DNA of 64,000 nucleotides. Origin: Mizuhopecten yessoensis. Lineage: Eukaryota. Below, in pieces: positions 12,658-26,913 of the stretch. How positions within the stretch are numbered: the stretch's first letter is position 1; each line of letters opens with the position of its first letter. Under the pieces are notes generated by a model that saw nothing but the letters and a program-made list of their open reading frames with translations, ran no database searches and was not told the DNA's origin. Location of the stretch: assembly GCF_002113885.1 (NCBI RefSeq), contig NW_018479929.1:1-64000 (forward strand). Reading direction: 5' to 3'. The translations under genes were made by a program, and so were the position numbers.

Positions 12658-15600
12658 CTCGAACCTGACTTGTGCAGTGTTGACTGGCCCCTGTAAAGCT
12701 GAATTTAGAGTTACATGTTTGGTTTCATGACAACGAAAAACAAAGCTTTCAGTCAATATCAAGTTTTACCATCAGAGCCATTCGTTATCATGCTGATTGA
12801 AACGATTCCATGTAATCGAGATCAACACGCTCCAAGGAATTTCAATCGAGGACCTTTTACTTTTGCAGTGCCATTTTCTCTTTAAATATATATATTGTCC
12901 TTCGAATTTAACCAACAAATAATTGTATTTATATACTGTTGTATATGTAATTCTGGACTCATCCGGAACCTATAGGTCTCACAAAACTAAATCATTTACT
13001 ATATGTTATTACTAAGCTTTTGAGCTAATAGCGTTAATATGTCAACATTAGTGACACCTGTCTAGGTTCACAGATACATACCTGATAAAGGCATTTTTGA
13101 TGAGATTAGTGACATAAAAAGAGCGCTACAGGCGTCTGCTTTTGACATTCGGAAGTTTACAAGCCAAACCGGTGAAGTGGGACGTGAACACTCCTGACAT
13201 TTGACCCCAGATCGATTCGCCATCACATTTTGAAACCTATTTTTTTTTTATATATAAAGTTCAATATCTGTAGATTTCATTCAAAGTAAAATATGTCAAC
13301 AATTACCTATCTAAATTACTCAGAGACACTGTATTAAACAGGAACAAATTTTAGGTAGGAATTACAATCGTATGAATCACTTGTTGATGGGCTGATTTAG
13401 TTGTGTAATACCTATTTAGTCACGCCCTGCGGACTAATCTGATCTAATCAAGTAGTTTATAAAATGACGCCATTGAGTTTGCAGTGTTGTCAATGGCGGC
13501 TCCAGCCTCCAGATTGTTTGTGGGTAAATACACCACATATACCATATATTAACGATGGAAACTACTAAGGTTTGGAGAAATATATATTGCTTGAAGCATG
13601 ATCCCTTCAGACAAATTGTGAGTTTTTGCAGAAATGAGTTTATTAGCTTACATTTGTAACTGACTGTCTGTATTCCTTTAAAAACGATTTATGGCAAAGA
13701 ACTGAACAAATTTAACCTAATTTGGCATTTATTATGAACCAAAATGATGTAATGGCCTACACATACAATGGGACTTTCCTAAGGGCGGAAATGGTCAACA
13801 GATAACAAAGTGTTAAGGGTCTTTAACACCTTACTCACTACCACACCCACTTTACAATAAAAGACTATACGATATTGCAACCTTTCGACTTTTTCATTAT
13901 ACAAAATAATGAAGAAGTCTCAATATCGCCGGGAAACACACAATGCACAACAACTTATTTATAAAACTTTAAAAAATATTAAAATGGTTACCAATATTAT
14001 AAGATTGAAGGAAGACTTCAAAAGACGTACACATTCTCAACAAACGCAAGAATTTGAAAATGTAAACTTTGGATAAAATCGTGAGAATTTCTGGTTGACA
14101 ACATCTTTGTTAGTTTTGTTTGTATTAGAAAATTTGTCTTTATCCCGGTCGACTTGTTCTTTTACAGTGGCATATTCCTGCCACCAGTTAATTATTATGA
14201 AGATTCCTATCATTAATTAAGACAGTTTATTAATTAAGCTGTACTAGATACGTGACGCTTTCAATGTTCTGATCATGAACATTCCATACAGACGTAGTTT
14301 CGCGGATAATGTGGTAGGCAAGAGTTTGCTCCTACTGTCATGACGTCTTTAACTACTAACATACACACTTGTAGCACATGCTTTTCATTGATGCAGGCTG
14401 ATGGCCGCCATCATGATCTCACAGGGAAATATGTTGTCTCTTTGTGTGCTATTGAAGGTGGATGTTTTAGATAATGCTTATTAATACGCATTGTGTTGAT
14501 GTCACTACCCCAATTATCACTATTAGGACATATTAACTACTTGTAATTGAATAACATGAAGGGTACCGTCGATTAGGCAGAATATGCTTAGTTTTCCTAC
14601 TTAATTTTATCATTACAATGTATTTTTGAATTGATGAATGTAGGGGAACGTTCATCTTTCGTTACAAATATTGACTGTTGACAAACAAATTACAGATAAT
14701 TGATTAAATCTATATCCATAGTTAATATATCTGACCACAACAAGTTTCCTTATGTTGCAAAGAGGACCTAAAGCCTCAATTTTAGAAAAGAAAAAAAAAT
14801 CATTTTCTAATTCCTTAATATTCACATTTGGAAATTCATATTCAATTATATTCATTTGGATCCTTCAGCTAAAACTTAGTTAAACGCATCAAAGTAGCTA
14901 TACTGATTTGAAACAAGGGTGACTCTTGATATATAATCCTGTAATGTCAACGGAATGATGAAACACAACATAAAATATTACAGCATACTAACACGACATG
15001 ACGACAAGTCACACCTTTGCCGATACGTTCATCACATTTCCTAATGTTATATGACCTGTTTGATATCTATAAATGTACACATGGGGTCGTGTCCCTCCAC
15101 CTCTCCGTTAGAAGGACACACCTACGTTCAACATCGACGATAGATCCGTCTTACTGACCCCGGTTCGGGAAGTACTTTTTCTATGTAAAACTGACGTAAG
15201 CGATCAGATATTCCGTGCCATATCGGCTAACGATCTGAAGTGTGAATTGATTTCAATACATATCCTGTCGCCATCAAATTGAAATTTTAGTAAGTAGAAG
15301 AATATCTTCTGCAAAAACACAGTCTGATATCATCTCGCGGAAATAAACAGTTCTGACACAAACTTACATTAAAACTTTTCCAAACCCTTTTATCTTCACC
15401 ATGTCGTTCTTTTCTCTCCTTCTTTCCAAATATAGAAAATCTACCATATCTTATTATCGACTTGTAATGAATTCCCCGATAAGAGTTGAATGAAAATGGG
15501 TTGATCAATTTGTAGGTATGTTGCATAGAGAAGTTTCTACCATCGGCTATACAATTTTGGCACACAACCTCCGCAAANCTCGAACCTGACTTGTGCAGTG

Positions 15601-18501
15601 TTGACTGGCCCCTGTAAAGCTGAATTTAGAGTTACATGTTTGGTTTCATGACAACGAAAAACAAAGCTTTCAGTCAATATCAAGTTTTACCATCAGAGCC
15701 ATTCGTTATCATGCTGATTGAAACGATTCCATGTAATCGAGATCAACACGCTCCAAGGAATTTCAATCGAGGACCTTTTACTTTTGCAGTGCCATTTTCT
15801 CTTTAAATATATATATTGTCCTTCGAATTTAACCAACAAATAATTGTATTTATATACTGTAGTATATGTAATTCTGGACTCATCCGGAACCTGTAGGTCT
15901 CACAAAACTAAATCATTTACTATATGTTTTTACTAAGCTTTTGAGCTAATAGCGTTAATATTTCAACATTAGTGACAACTGTCTAGGTTCACAGATACAT
16001 ACCTGATAAAGGCATTTTTGATGAGATTAGTGACATAAAAAGAGCGCTACAGGCGTCTGCTTTTGACATTCGGAAGTTTACAAGCCAAACCGGTGAAGTG
16101 GGACGTGAACACTCCTGACATTTGACCCCAGATCGATTCGCCATTACATTTTAAAACCATTTTATTTTTATCTTTTTATAAAGTTCAATATCTGTAGATT
16201 TCATTCAAAGTAAAATATGTCAACAATTACCTATCTAAATTACTCAGAGACACTATATTAAACCGGAACAAATTTTAGGTAGGAATTACAATCGTATGAA
16301 TCACTTGTTGATGGGCTGATTTAGTTGTGTGATACCTATTTAGTCACGCCCTGCGTACTAATCTGATCTAATCAAGTAGTTAATAAAATGACGCCATTGA
16401 GTTTGCAGTGTTGTCAATGGCGGCTCCAGCCTCCAGATTGTTTGTGGGTAAATACACCACATATACCATATGTTAACGATGGAAACTACTAAGGTTTGGA
16501 GAAATATATATTGCTTGAAGCATGATCCCTTCAGGCAAATTGTGAGTTCTTGCAGAAATGAGTTTATTAGCTTACATTTGTAGCTGGCTGTCTGTATTCC
16601 TTTAAAAACGATTTATGGCAAAGAACTGAACAAATTTAACCTAATTTGGCATTTATTATGAACCAAAAGGATGTAATGGCCTACACATACAATGGGACTT
16701 TCCTAAGGGTGGAAATGGTTAACAGATAACAAAGTGTTAAGGGTCTTTAACACCTTACTCACTACCACACCCACTTTAAAATAAAAGACTATACGATATT
16801 GCAACCTTTCGACTTTTTCATTATACAAAATAATGAAGAAGTCTCAATATCGCCGGGAAACACACAATGCACAACAACTTATTTATAAAACTTTAAAAAA
16901 TATTAAAATGGTTACCAATATTATAAGATTGAAGGAAGACTTCAAAAGACGTACACATTCTCAACAAACGCAAGAATTTGAAAATGTAAACTTTGGATAA
17001 AATCGTGAGAATTTCTGGTTGACAACATCTTTGTTAGTTTTGTTTGTATTAGAAAATTTGTCTTTATCCCGGTCGACTTGTTCTTTTACAGTGGCATATT
17101 CCTGCCACCAGTTAATTATTATGAAGATTCCTATCATTAATTAAGACAGTTTATTAATTAAGCTGTACTAGATACGTGACGCTTTCAATGTTCTGATCAT
17201 GAACATTCCATACAGACGTAGTTTCGCGGATAATGTGGTAGGCAAGAGTTTGCTCCTACTGTCATGACGTCTTTAACTACTAACATACACACTTGTAGCA
17301 CATGCTTTTCATTGATGCAGGCTGATGGCCGCCATCATGATCTCACAGGGAAATATGTTGTCTCTTTGTGTGCTATTGAAGGTGGATGTTTTAGATAATG
17401 CTTATTAATACGCATTGTGTTGATGTCACTACCCCAATTATCACTATTAGGACATATTAACTACTTGTAATTGAATAACATGAAGGGTACCGTCGATTAG
17501 GCAGAATATGCTTAGTTTTCCTACTTAATTTTATCATTACAATGTATTTTTGAATTGATGAATGTAGGGGAACGTTCATCTTTCGTTACAAATATTGACT
17601 GTTGACAAACAAATTACAGATAATTGATTAAATCTATATCCATAGTTAATATATCTGACCACAACAAGTTTCCTTATGTTGCAAAGAGGACCTAAAGCCT
17701 CAATTTTAGAAAAGAAAAAAAAATCATTTTCTAATTCCTTAATATTCACATTTGGAAATTCATATTCAATTATATTCATTTGGATCCTTCAGCTAAAACT
17801 TAGTTAAACGCATCAAAGTAGCTATACTGATTTGAAACAAGGGTGACTCTTGATATATAATCCTGTAATGTCAACGGAATGATGAAACACAACATAAAAT
17901 ATTACAGCATACTAACACGACATGACGACAAGTCACACCTTTGCCGATACGTTCATCACATTTCCTAATGTTATATGACCTGTTTGATATCTATAAATGT
18001 ACACATGGGGTCGTGTCCCTCCACCTCTCCGTTAGAAGGACACACCTACGTTCAACATCGACGATAGATCCGTCTTACTGACCCCGGTTCGGGAAGTACT
18101 TTTTCTATGTAAAACTGACGTAAGCGATCAGATATTCCGTGCCATATCGGCTAACGATCTGAAGTGTGAATTGATTTCAATACATATCCTGTCGCCATCA
18201 AATTGAAATTTTAGTAAGTAGAAGAATATCTTCTGCAAAAACACAGTCTGATATCATCTCGCGGAAATAAACAGTTCTGACACAAACTTACATTAAAACT
18301 TTTCCAAACCCTTTTATCTTCACCATGTCGTTCTTTTCTCTCCTTCTTTCCAAATATAGAAAATCTACCATATCTTATTATCGACTTGTAATGAATTCCC
18401 CGATAAGAGTTGAATGAAAATGGGTTGATCAATTTGTAGGTATGTTGCATAGAGAAGTTTCTACCATCGGCTATACAATTTTGGCACACAACCTCCGCAA
18501 A
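12658..18501. other. 2.92-kb near-identical tandem duplication across a single N (15578); probable haplotype/assembly artefact
   Basis: 12658-15577 matches 15579-18501 apart from scattered SNPs and small indels. The ORF track shows identical spurious ORF pairs. Confidence 0.85.
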
Positions 18502-21500
18502 GCGCCTTTGTTCTGACCAAATTATTAACCGCTAGGTTTTTCATGTTTGTCTTGTGTTTGTTTGGATTTTTTTCGAAAATTAGCACGCCTTTTTGTTGTC
18601 TAGATTTGGAAATGGTCAACTGTAGTTTTATCTTTGTATGTCGTCGTTCGTAATTGTTGACATTTTGGTTTATTATATTAGATGTTAGCTATAGTTCAAC
18701 TTGTAAAACCAACTTCTCAACTTTTCTTTATGCAGTCCAGTTTTATAAGCTGTATTACACGTGTGTTTGCGTACTGGCACAGGCCATGTTAGGAATGTCT
18801 CTCTACAACTATATGCTAACTATAGGTATTTTGAAGAAACGAGTCCCTCTATATCAGCGCTATGAATCCAGGATCACGGGATTCAATACTGAAATAAGCA
18901 AAACAAGTGTGTATAAAAATTACATTTATTTCAATTACACAAAGCAGTGCGTAAAAGACGAATGCCATCTTTGTCTTCTGTTTAATTAAGGATATAGACT
19001 TATGCTACGTGCAGCTCCTAAAATTATTAACATTACAAATGCGAGAAATGTAAAGTCTTTACAGGTACCTCCTTATCTTGACCTTTTCATTAATAGGTGA
19101 TGCATTAGGTACACAAGAGTCAACATATTTATCGACCTAATGCAGTATATTATATATTTTTTTTTAAACTTTATACCATACCTTTCAAATAGCTTATCTG
19201 GAAAAATAATATGCGTAGTTAAATTCTATTGAATTTTAATTATCTTTCGACATTGTCTTCAATAAGATTCATCAGTTTGGAGATTTGAGATATTAAAGCT
19301 GTACTTTCTACACAAACAATGTATGTATCAAACGTGTCGCAACGTTTCAATACTGACTAACCCCTTTGTCATAGCTTTACAAAGGGACCAGTCGGTCTTG
19401 AAACGTTGCTACATTCTTAAAACGTACATTGTTTGTGTAGAAAGAAAAATGCTGATATCTCTTTCGACAATGGTTTTCGATTTAAAGGTTAAAATGGATT
19501 TGTCAAACATAATGCATCGCTGTAGCCTACCGTAAAGGTATAAGTTATGTTAGGATAGCGTGCGCCTCTCACGAGGTTCGCAACTTATAAATATGTGTTA
19601 TAACTAATTAGTTAATGACACAAGTAACATGTGTGCAGTTATTTTCTAGCAATTCTGAAAACCCCCCGAATAAAAAGTATTTTCATGTATAAAATAAAAA
19701 AACATAATCTCAAAGAAAGACATCTTCAAATAAAATTACAAAACCAACTTCACTTCAGCGTCAAAACACAAGGATACAAAAAAAGACGATAGTTCAAACA
19801 ATTAAAGAAAAATAACCTACAAACAACGTAAGTAAATAGTATCATTAAGGACAAAACTTACATCTCATATTTTGAAAAAATGGTATTATACAGAACAAAA
19901 TATGACCTCCAGATCGACACGAATATATAACAACATGAATTAAGACAATTAAAGACGGCATAACCGACCATTAAACAAGGTGATCACGAAGGTCAAAAAA
20001 CGTTCTTAATATAATTTTACAAACCCGACTATAACATATACAAAAACATTACACTTAAACTTATTAAATCTTTCACTTATTTGCAATGTAGACAGAAATG
20101 TCAATTCAAGGGTAGGAGTTGTGAAGATATGCACGAAATTTTGCCCAATCCTAAACTTCATAATTCCATCATGATTGTTATGTTTTTATCTGCCAAATGT
20201 ACAAGGAAGACACATTATTGTTCTTCCAAACTTTCTTACAAAATCGCAAGGTTTGTTTATGAAGCTGAACCGGTCATACGCTACATTTGATTTCAACATA
20301 TTTTATTGACATAGAAGAATGTTACACTGTCAAAAGGATTGGACAACAGGCTTATAGCCTATATAAGTCCTCTCCATTGATGGTAGGTATATGGACATAA
20401 TGGATTGATTTTATAATAATAAGATTTTGCTTACTGTCAAAAATTAACGTTTGTAAATCTAATTAGATAATTACATAATTAAGAGGTTATTATATAAAAT
20501 ATGGTGTGGGTGGGGGAAGGGGGATAACTCCCATAGAATAGTGTATTAATTAGATTTAGTCTGCAATATACAATGTAGGTAAAATATATATATATATATA
20601 TTGGTTATAGACCGCATATACATGTAGTATACAAGCTTTAATATCAGATTGAAGACCGCACTGTCCTTGTGTTACGTTTAGGTCTTCAACTGAACACTGT
20701 ACAGGATCCATAGTAAATATTATTGCGGTATAATTCACAGTAATGCATTTGAGAACATATATGGAAAAATTGCAGATCTGAAGTATGTACACTAAAAATT
20801 AAAGATATAAGTAGTATGGGAGAATATAAAAGGAAAGCATAACAATATCATAATAACCAGCCAGAGATGCACTCCTGTACGAATGGATGTTGTTTTATAA
20901 ATAAGTGTTATTATCTACAAATATATATACATGTGTATATATATTAACTTAAAATGTGTCAAGTTGCCTGGTATTATACTCGATATTCAACAAATCTTTT
21001 AGTTTTAACTATATATTTTAGGATAGAGCTAAGAATTTCCATATGTACACTTTCGTTACATGGTTGACAGCCATATAGTAAGTTGATGAGCTGAAAATGG
21101 TTATGGTTTCCAATAAGTTCAAGTTCATTTTTTAGTAATGCTCTTTGGACTGAAAACAGAGGACAGTGAACAAAGGAGCGTGACATGTTGACGTAATGAT
21201 GACGCTTTCCTAATCTCACTGCAAGAGGTGATAACACGATATGATATTTTATAATAAAAGCGCGTTTGAACTGTCTTCCTTATGCCGACAGGTGAGGAAT
21301 GGGGAAATAGTAAACATGACGTGATCAAGGCAGACACTGACTTTGTACAGATAGTTAGAACATATTTTATTTTATATTTTTACCATTGAAATATCCGGAA
21401 TTATCAATGTGCTAAATATTAACTACACAGTGAAGATATAATAAATACAGAACGGTAGATTAGAGTCGTATATAACAGTTTCAAGTTCAGAGGATTCAAC

Positions 21501-22017
21501 AGTAGAATGAATGGTGGTTTTGGTACGTATTTGCAAAATACAGTATGACATTTAAATAATTACACAATTGATAACATTGTATTAGAAAATCATATCAGAT
21601 ATAAGCAGCAAACGGTCGAATCCCCCTCGCTTTTAAGATGAAGCAAACTTTGCACCGATTTATTTTAACAAAATGCAATAAATGTAAAATCTAATTGTTT
21701 TCCGTTTAATACTTAATTCATATATGTCTATTATAACAGCAGTAAATTGTTTCATAGGGACTATAAAATAATAGGGGAAAAAATGTCGTTACATGTGGCA
21801 TTTTCATTGCATCAATGAGATTCGTTGGACACTTGTTTAGCTATTAATATCGATATTCCCCCTGTCGTAAGCATTCTTTAAATATCGTCATTCTGCAAAA
21901 CTTGTGAACTAAACATGAAATTGAACTGGATAATATTACATATCCTCTTTATATCAATTTATACTAATTTAAAGGCTTATATAAAGGGATACACAATCAA
22001 TATTCCTATATAAATTA

Positions 22018-23890
22018 TACTGAGTAAGGTATGTACTGAGCAGGATATCACTATCACTGTATAACCGATACTAAGTAAGGTATTTACTAAACACTTAACC
22101 ACTATCACTGTATAACCGTTACTGGGTAAGGTATGAACAGAAAACTAAACAACTATCACTATTGATATTGAGCAAGGTATATACTGAACACTGAATCACT
22201 ATTACTGTATAACTGATACTTGGTAAGGTACGTACTGAACACTAAACCACTATCACTGTTTAACTGACACTGAGTAAGGTATGTACTGAACACTAAACCA
22301 CTACCACTGTATAACCGATACTTGGTAGTGATGTACTGAACAATGAACCACTATCACTGTTTAACTGACACTGAGTAAGGTATGTACTGAAAACTAAACC
22401 ACTATCACTGTTTAACTGACACTGAGTAAGGTATGTACTGAAAACTAAACCACTATCACTGTATATCTGATACTGCAAAAGGTATGTACTGAGCAATGAT
22501 CCAATATCACTGTATAACCTATACTGAGTAAGGTACGTACTGAACACTAACCCACTATCACTGTATATCTGATACTGCAAAAGGTATGTACTGAAAACTA
22601 AACCACTATCACTGTATATCTGATACTGCAAAAGGTATGTACTGAAAACTAAACCACTATCACTGTACAACCGATACTCGGTAAGGTACGTACTGAACAC
22701 TGAACCACTATCACTGTATAACCGATACTGGGTAAGGTATATACTTAACACTGAACCACTATCACTGTATAACCGATATTGAGTAAGGTACGTACTGAAC
22801 ACTAAATCACTATCACTGTATAACTACACTGAGTAAGGTATGTACTGAAAACTAAACCACTATCACTGTATAACTGACAATGAGTAAGGTATGTACTGAA
22901 CACTAAACCACTATCACTGTTTAACTGACACTGAGTAAGGTATGTTCTGAAAACTAAACCACTATCACTGTATAACTGACACTGAGTAAGGTATGTATTG
23001 AACACTAAACCACTATCACTGTATATCTGATACTGTAAAAACTATGTACTGAGCAATGAACCAATATCACTGTATACCGATACTTGGTAGTGATGTACTG
23101 AACAATGAACCACTGTCACTGTATAACCGATACTCGGTAAGGTACGTACTGAACACTAAACAACTATCACTATTGATATTGAGTAAGGTATATACTGAAC
23201 ACTGAATCACTATTAATGTATAACTGATAATGGGTAAGGTACGTACTCAACACTAAACCACTATCACTATATAACTGATATTGAGTAATGTATATACTGA
23301 ACACTGAACCACTTTCACTGTCTAAACGATACTTGGTAAGGTACGTACTGAACACTAAACCACTATCTCTGTATAACCGATACTGGGTAAGGTATCTTCT
23401 GAACACTAAACCACTATCACTGTATAACTACACTGAGTAAAGTACGTACTGAACACTAAACCACTACCACTGTATAACCGATACTGAGTAAGGTATTTAC
23501 TGAACACTGAACCACTATCACTGTATAACCGATACTGAGTAAGGTATGTACTGAACACTAAACCGCTATCACTGTGTAACCGATAATGAGTAAGGTAAGT
23601 ACTGAACACTAAACCACTATCACTGCATAACCGATACTGAGTAAGGTACGTACTGAATACTTAATCACTTTGACTGTGTAACCGATAATGAGTAAGGTAA
23701 GTACTGAACACTAAACCACTATCACTGTATAACCGATACTGAGTAAGGTTTGTAATGAACACTAAACCACTATCACTGTATAACCGATACTGTGTATTGT
23801 ATGTTCTGAACACTGAACCACTATTACTGTATAACTGATACTTGGTAAGGTATTTACTGAACACTGAACCACTATCACAGTATAACCGAT
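22018..23890. repeat. 51-bp minisatellite, about 36 copies
   Basis: Consensus CACTATCACTGTATAACCGATACTGAGTAAGGTATGTACTGAACACTAAAC. It generates 17-aa periodic pseudo-ORFs on the minus strand. Confidence 0.97.
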
Positions 23891-24245
23891 GGATTTGTTT
23901 TGAATCAAACATGAAGCAATGCATCGGGACGTTCAAATTTTCTAAACATATGCCTTTTTACATAAAGTGATAAGGGATTGCTTAAAATGATGAGTAGTCA
24001 GAAATTACCGAAATATCTACAAAACCTTTACTCGATACTACAAATCTAAGAAACAAGGACAAACTATTATCAATTTTAGTCAATTAGCTCAAGATAAGAA
24101 GTTATTCTGAAATATTAACTTGTTTTGTAAATATTTGCTTTTTAACATTCTTGTTAAATGCTGATATCATGAAGGTGGGGTGTGAGGCTTGAATTTCGAA
24201 ATGTATTCCCTTAAAAATTAGGTGAATTTAAGTGGTCTGTATTTT

Positions 24246-24520
24246 TTACTGCACTCGTCTAACACAGTAAAAGTATCTTCCCGTTTTGTCCAGGTAACCA
24301 TCACCCTCCTCCAATGACTTGAAATTATCACTGTGACCCTGACACGCATGACTTTCAGAGTTAAACACAAACGACAGACAGTCAGGATGGGCTTTGCATG
24401 CCTTGGCGCAGTCTGGAAACGCGCCAGTTTCCGTTGTCATAACAACGTCACGTGTCATGTTGGCATAAGGAATGCCGGGTAACACCTTCCATTGTTGTGT
24501 TATCTGGTGGTTGCTGTAGA
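24246..24520 (-). CDS. Last coding exon: PAN/Apple domain of a secreted Methyltransf_FA + PAN protein
   Basis: Acceptor ttcatttaaccag|TC (phase 1). PAN core DCAKACKAHPDCLSFVFNSESHACQGHS. Ends at TAA 24248-24246. Confidence 0.85.
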
Positions 24521-26121
24521 CTGGTTAAATGAATATAAACATGATATTAATGATATTTCATGCATTGATTAAGCGTGAATTGCATTGATTTTGTGAAAAC
24601 TAGGAAAGTTTGTGTCATGCTTTCCAAAAATATGTTTATGGAACACACATTGTCTGGAAATATGATAGCTATTACATTGTACATGTACTACCTCTCATTA
24701 TCAATTGCCAAAAAAGAACATCACCAAGTGTAGCTATCGCGTCAGAGAGAATCATACATAAATTGTTCAGTCTCATCAGACTGAATGGCAATTAGTTAAA
24801 ATATGTAGAAGAGTACAACTTACATCTTTGATATATCTACAGCTTTTATTTCATTAACAAAACCTGTCAAATGCATCGCAACGTGATTTATTTTAATTGA
24901 TTTCTCTTCATATCAGATTGACCTGAACAAAATTCACTAAATTGACAAGGCTCATACATTGATCTTATTGGTAACCTTTACCTTAAATTCATCGTTAAAA
25001 ATTCGAGTTTTGTGTTATCATTTTGTATTTAAAGATTATGTGACGGGTGTATTTAAGACAGTTGTTCATGCTTTCACTTATTCCCTCATGCGCGTGTAAA
25101 GTTAATATTTTGTACTTATTCAAAAGATTACTTGTTTTCATATGAATTATATTTTTTCAGGCAATTGAGTATTTGTATGCAATTAATACTTAAATAATGA
25201 TCAATATTCATGGAAGGCATTGTTTTATGTTTCATTTTTCATTCAATATTTCCATTGAAGAAAATAGTTTTAATATGTGCATCATAATGAAGCCATAGCT
25301 ACACTAGGCCAATTCATGAGATTATTTTTTTAACCCGTTCCTCTGATTTTACATTCAGATGTATTGTTTCGTGTTGGTTGTTAAAAGGTTAAATAATTTG
25401 CCTCACAGAGTCCTGTTTTCATTCTGAAAACCAAAATAATAAAGAAATGAAAAAAACCCACCTTTACGAAATCAATATTTGTCTGCTTGAAAATAGTTGC
25501 ATTGTTTTTTATATTGTGAGGAATTATAAGTTTTAATTACAATGTCGCTGCCTCCATAAGCGTCAAAGGATTGTGTTTGTTTGTTTGTTGGTGTTTATTT
25601 AGGTCTTTGCCAGGAATAAGGGACTTTTATGGCAAGTTTCGATAATTTTCATTATGATTTCGTCTATGAACAATCCTATTACGCATGAAGCTAAATTTGA
25701 ATGTCGCTTTAGCATGCTTTTTCAGTAACATTGCTATTAAAAACAATATCAAACAAATAAAGAAAATTATTTTCGTACAGATGACAACCTAGTGATAAAG
25801 AGCAATAACCTTGTATTTCTATTCTCTCTATGTGTAAAGTTTTAGCCTGATCTGAAATAACGTTTACTGACTGGGTTATTTTTGCAAACCTTAACGAACA
25901 AGTCGTCCATAGACTCTACGGTGTCCATAACATTTAAACCCTATAGTTGAGTGACGACACCTTGTTAACTAGTGTAAATAGGTAAAGGGTATCTGTCCTT
26001 CTGCAATGTGATTCCTCGTATATACAGTAACATCCACTTAACGTCGTTCGGGATATAATTTAAGCACAATTTACAAGGACACTTCTGTTGACCAGATTGC
26101 TTAATCAGTTAGAGCGATACT

Positions 26122-26218
26122 TCAACAGAAATTACTTTCAGAAATGATTTAAGGATCCAGAATGGAAAANCTCAACAGAAATTACTTTCAGAAATGATTG
26201 AAGGATCCAGAATGGAGA
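26122..26218. other. About 48-bp duplication across a single N (26170); probable contig-join artefact
   Basis: TCAACAGAAATTACTTTCAGAAATGATT..GGATCCAGAATGGA lies on both sides of the N. Confidence 0.8.
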
Positions 26219-26478
26219 AAAAAATATTGCAGTGATACGGGGATTTTTCATGCAACAATCTTGTAAACCGGAAGTATATTCATCAGGCGTAACAATCTTT
26301 GAGTAAAACGAGGTGCCGTCTTCTTAGCAACAATTTTGAAAGATGCCTAAGTTTAGACGCCATCCCGATCAAATATAAAAGATTTTTCAACTATGACCTA
26401 TTGATACAGTTTTTCACCACTGAATGGATTCTTAAAGGTGTGACACAAACAATAATTAAACGCTTAACATTTACAAAC

Positions 26479-26913
26479 CTGACAGGCGAAATTCCCACAG
26501 GCCAGTAGAATATGGTGTCAACGCCGCCATCTGTTGGACCTTAGTAGATGTGAGTTTCATTTGAACCAGCTGTCCGTAGCCTATGACAGTCCCGCTTCCA
26601 AAAGATACCATGTCACTCAAAATCTTAATCCACATTTCTGTGAAGTGTGAACATTTGTGTTCGTAAAAAAGACCAGAAATCTTTTTCGGATATTGTCTAA
26701 TATCTCTGATGAAAGTATTGCGACGATGAGACCCTAAAAGCAGCTGTACTTGGTAAGTGGATTGTCTAGTTGTATCGTAACAAGTTATATATATCATGGG
26801 TTCAAGACACGCTTTAACCCGGAAGAAAAACTCCGTCTGTGATTGTTTAATACCTATTTTGTTTTCAGGATCAATGTTTCATGTCTTTTCTGTATTAATG
26901 AACATCTCCTTTC
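26479..26913 (-). CDS. Middle exon: farnesoic acid O-methyltransferase-like (Methyltransf_FA) domain, with in-frame TGA at 26881-26879
   Basis: Acceptor tttattttcag|GA, donor TCAG|gtttgt. 435 nt, phase 1-1. Motifs FRVKAC, LLLGSHRRNTFIR, CSHFTEMWI..VSFGSGTVIG and STGLWEF match the FAMeT-domain pattern (F.VKAC..A.I.L / YEIVIGG..N..S.IR / C.EFR.FWI / STG.W.F). Confidence 0.82.

Noticed and set aside
14652-18489. Identical ORF pairs suggesting duplicated genes
   Set aside because: They lie in the N-joined duplicate, and the translations have no recognisable domain.
22293-23936. Five minus-strand ORFs with 17-aa repeats (YSDSGLVFSTYLTQYRL)
   Set aside because: By-product of a 51-bp unit (a multiple of 3). 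Frames break at random indels and no splice or start context is evident.
26879-26881. TGA as selenocysteine or programmed readthrough
   Set aside because: The position is not an evident conserved Cys, the context TGA-AAC is not a readthrough motif, and I found no convincing SECIS (ATGA..AA..GA) just downstream of the gene.
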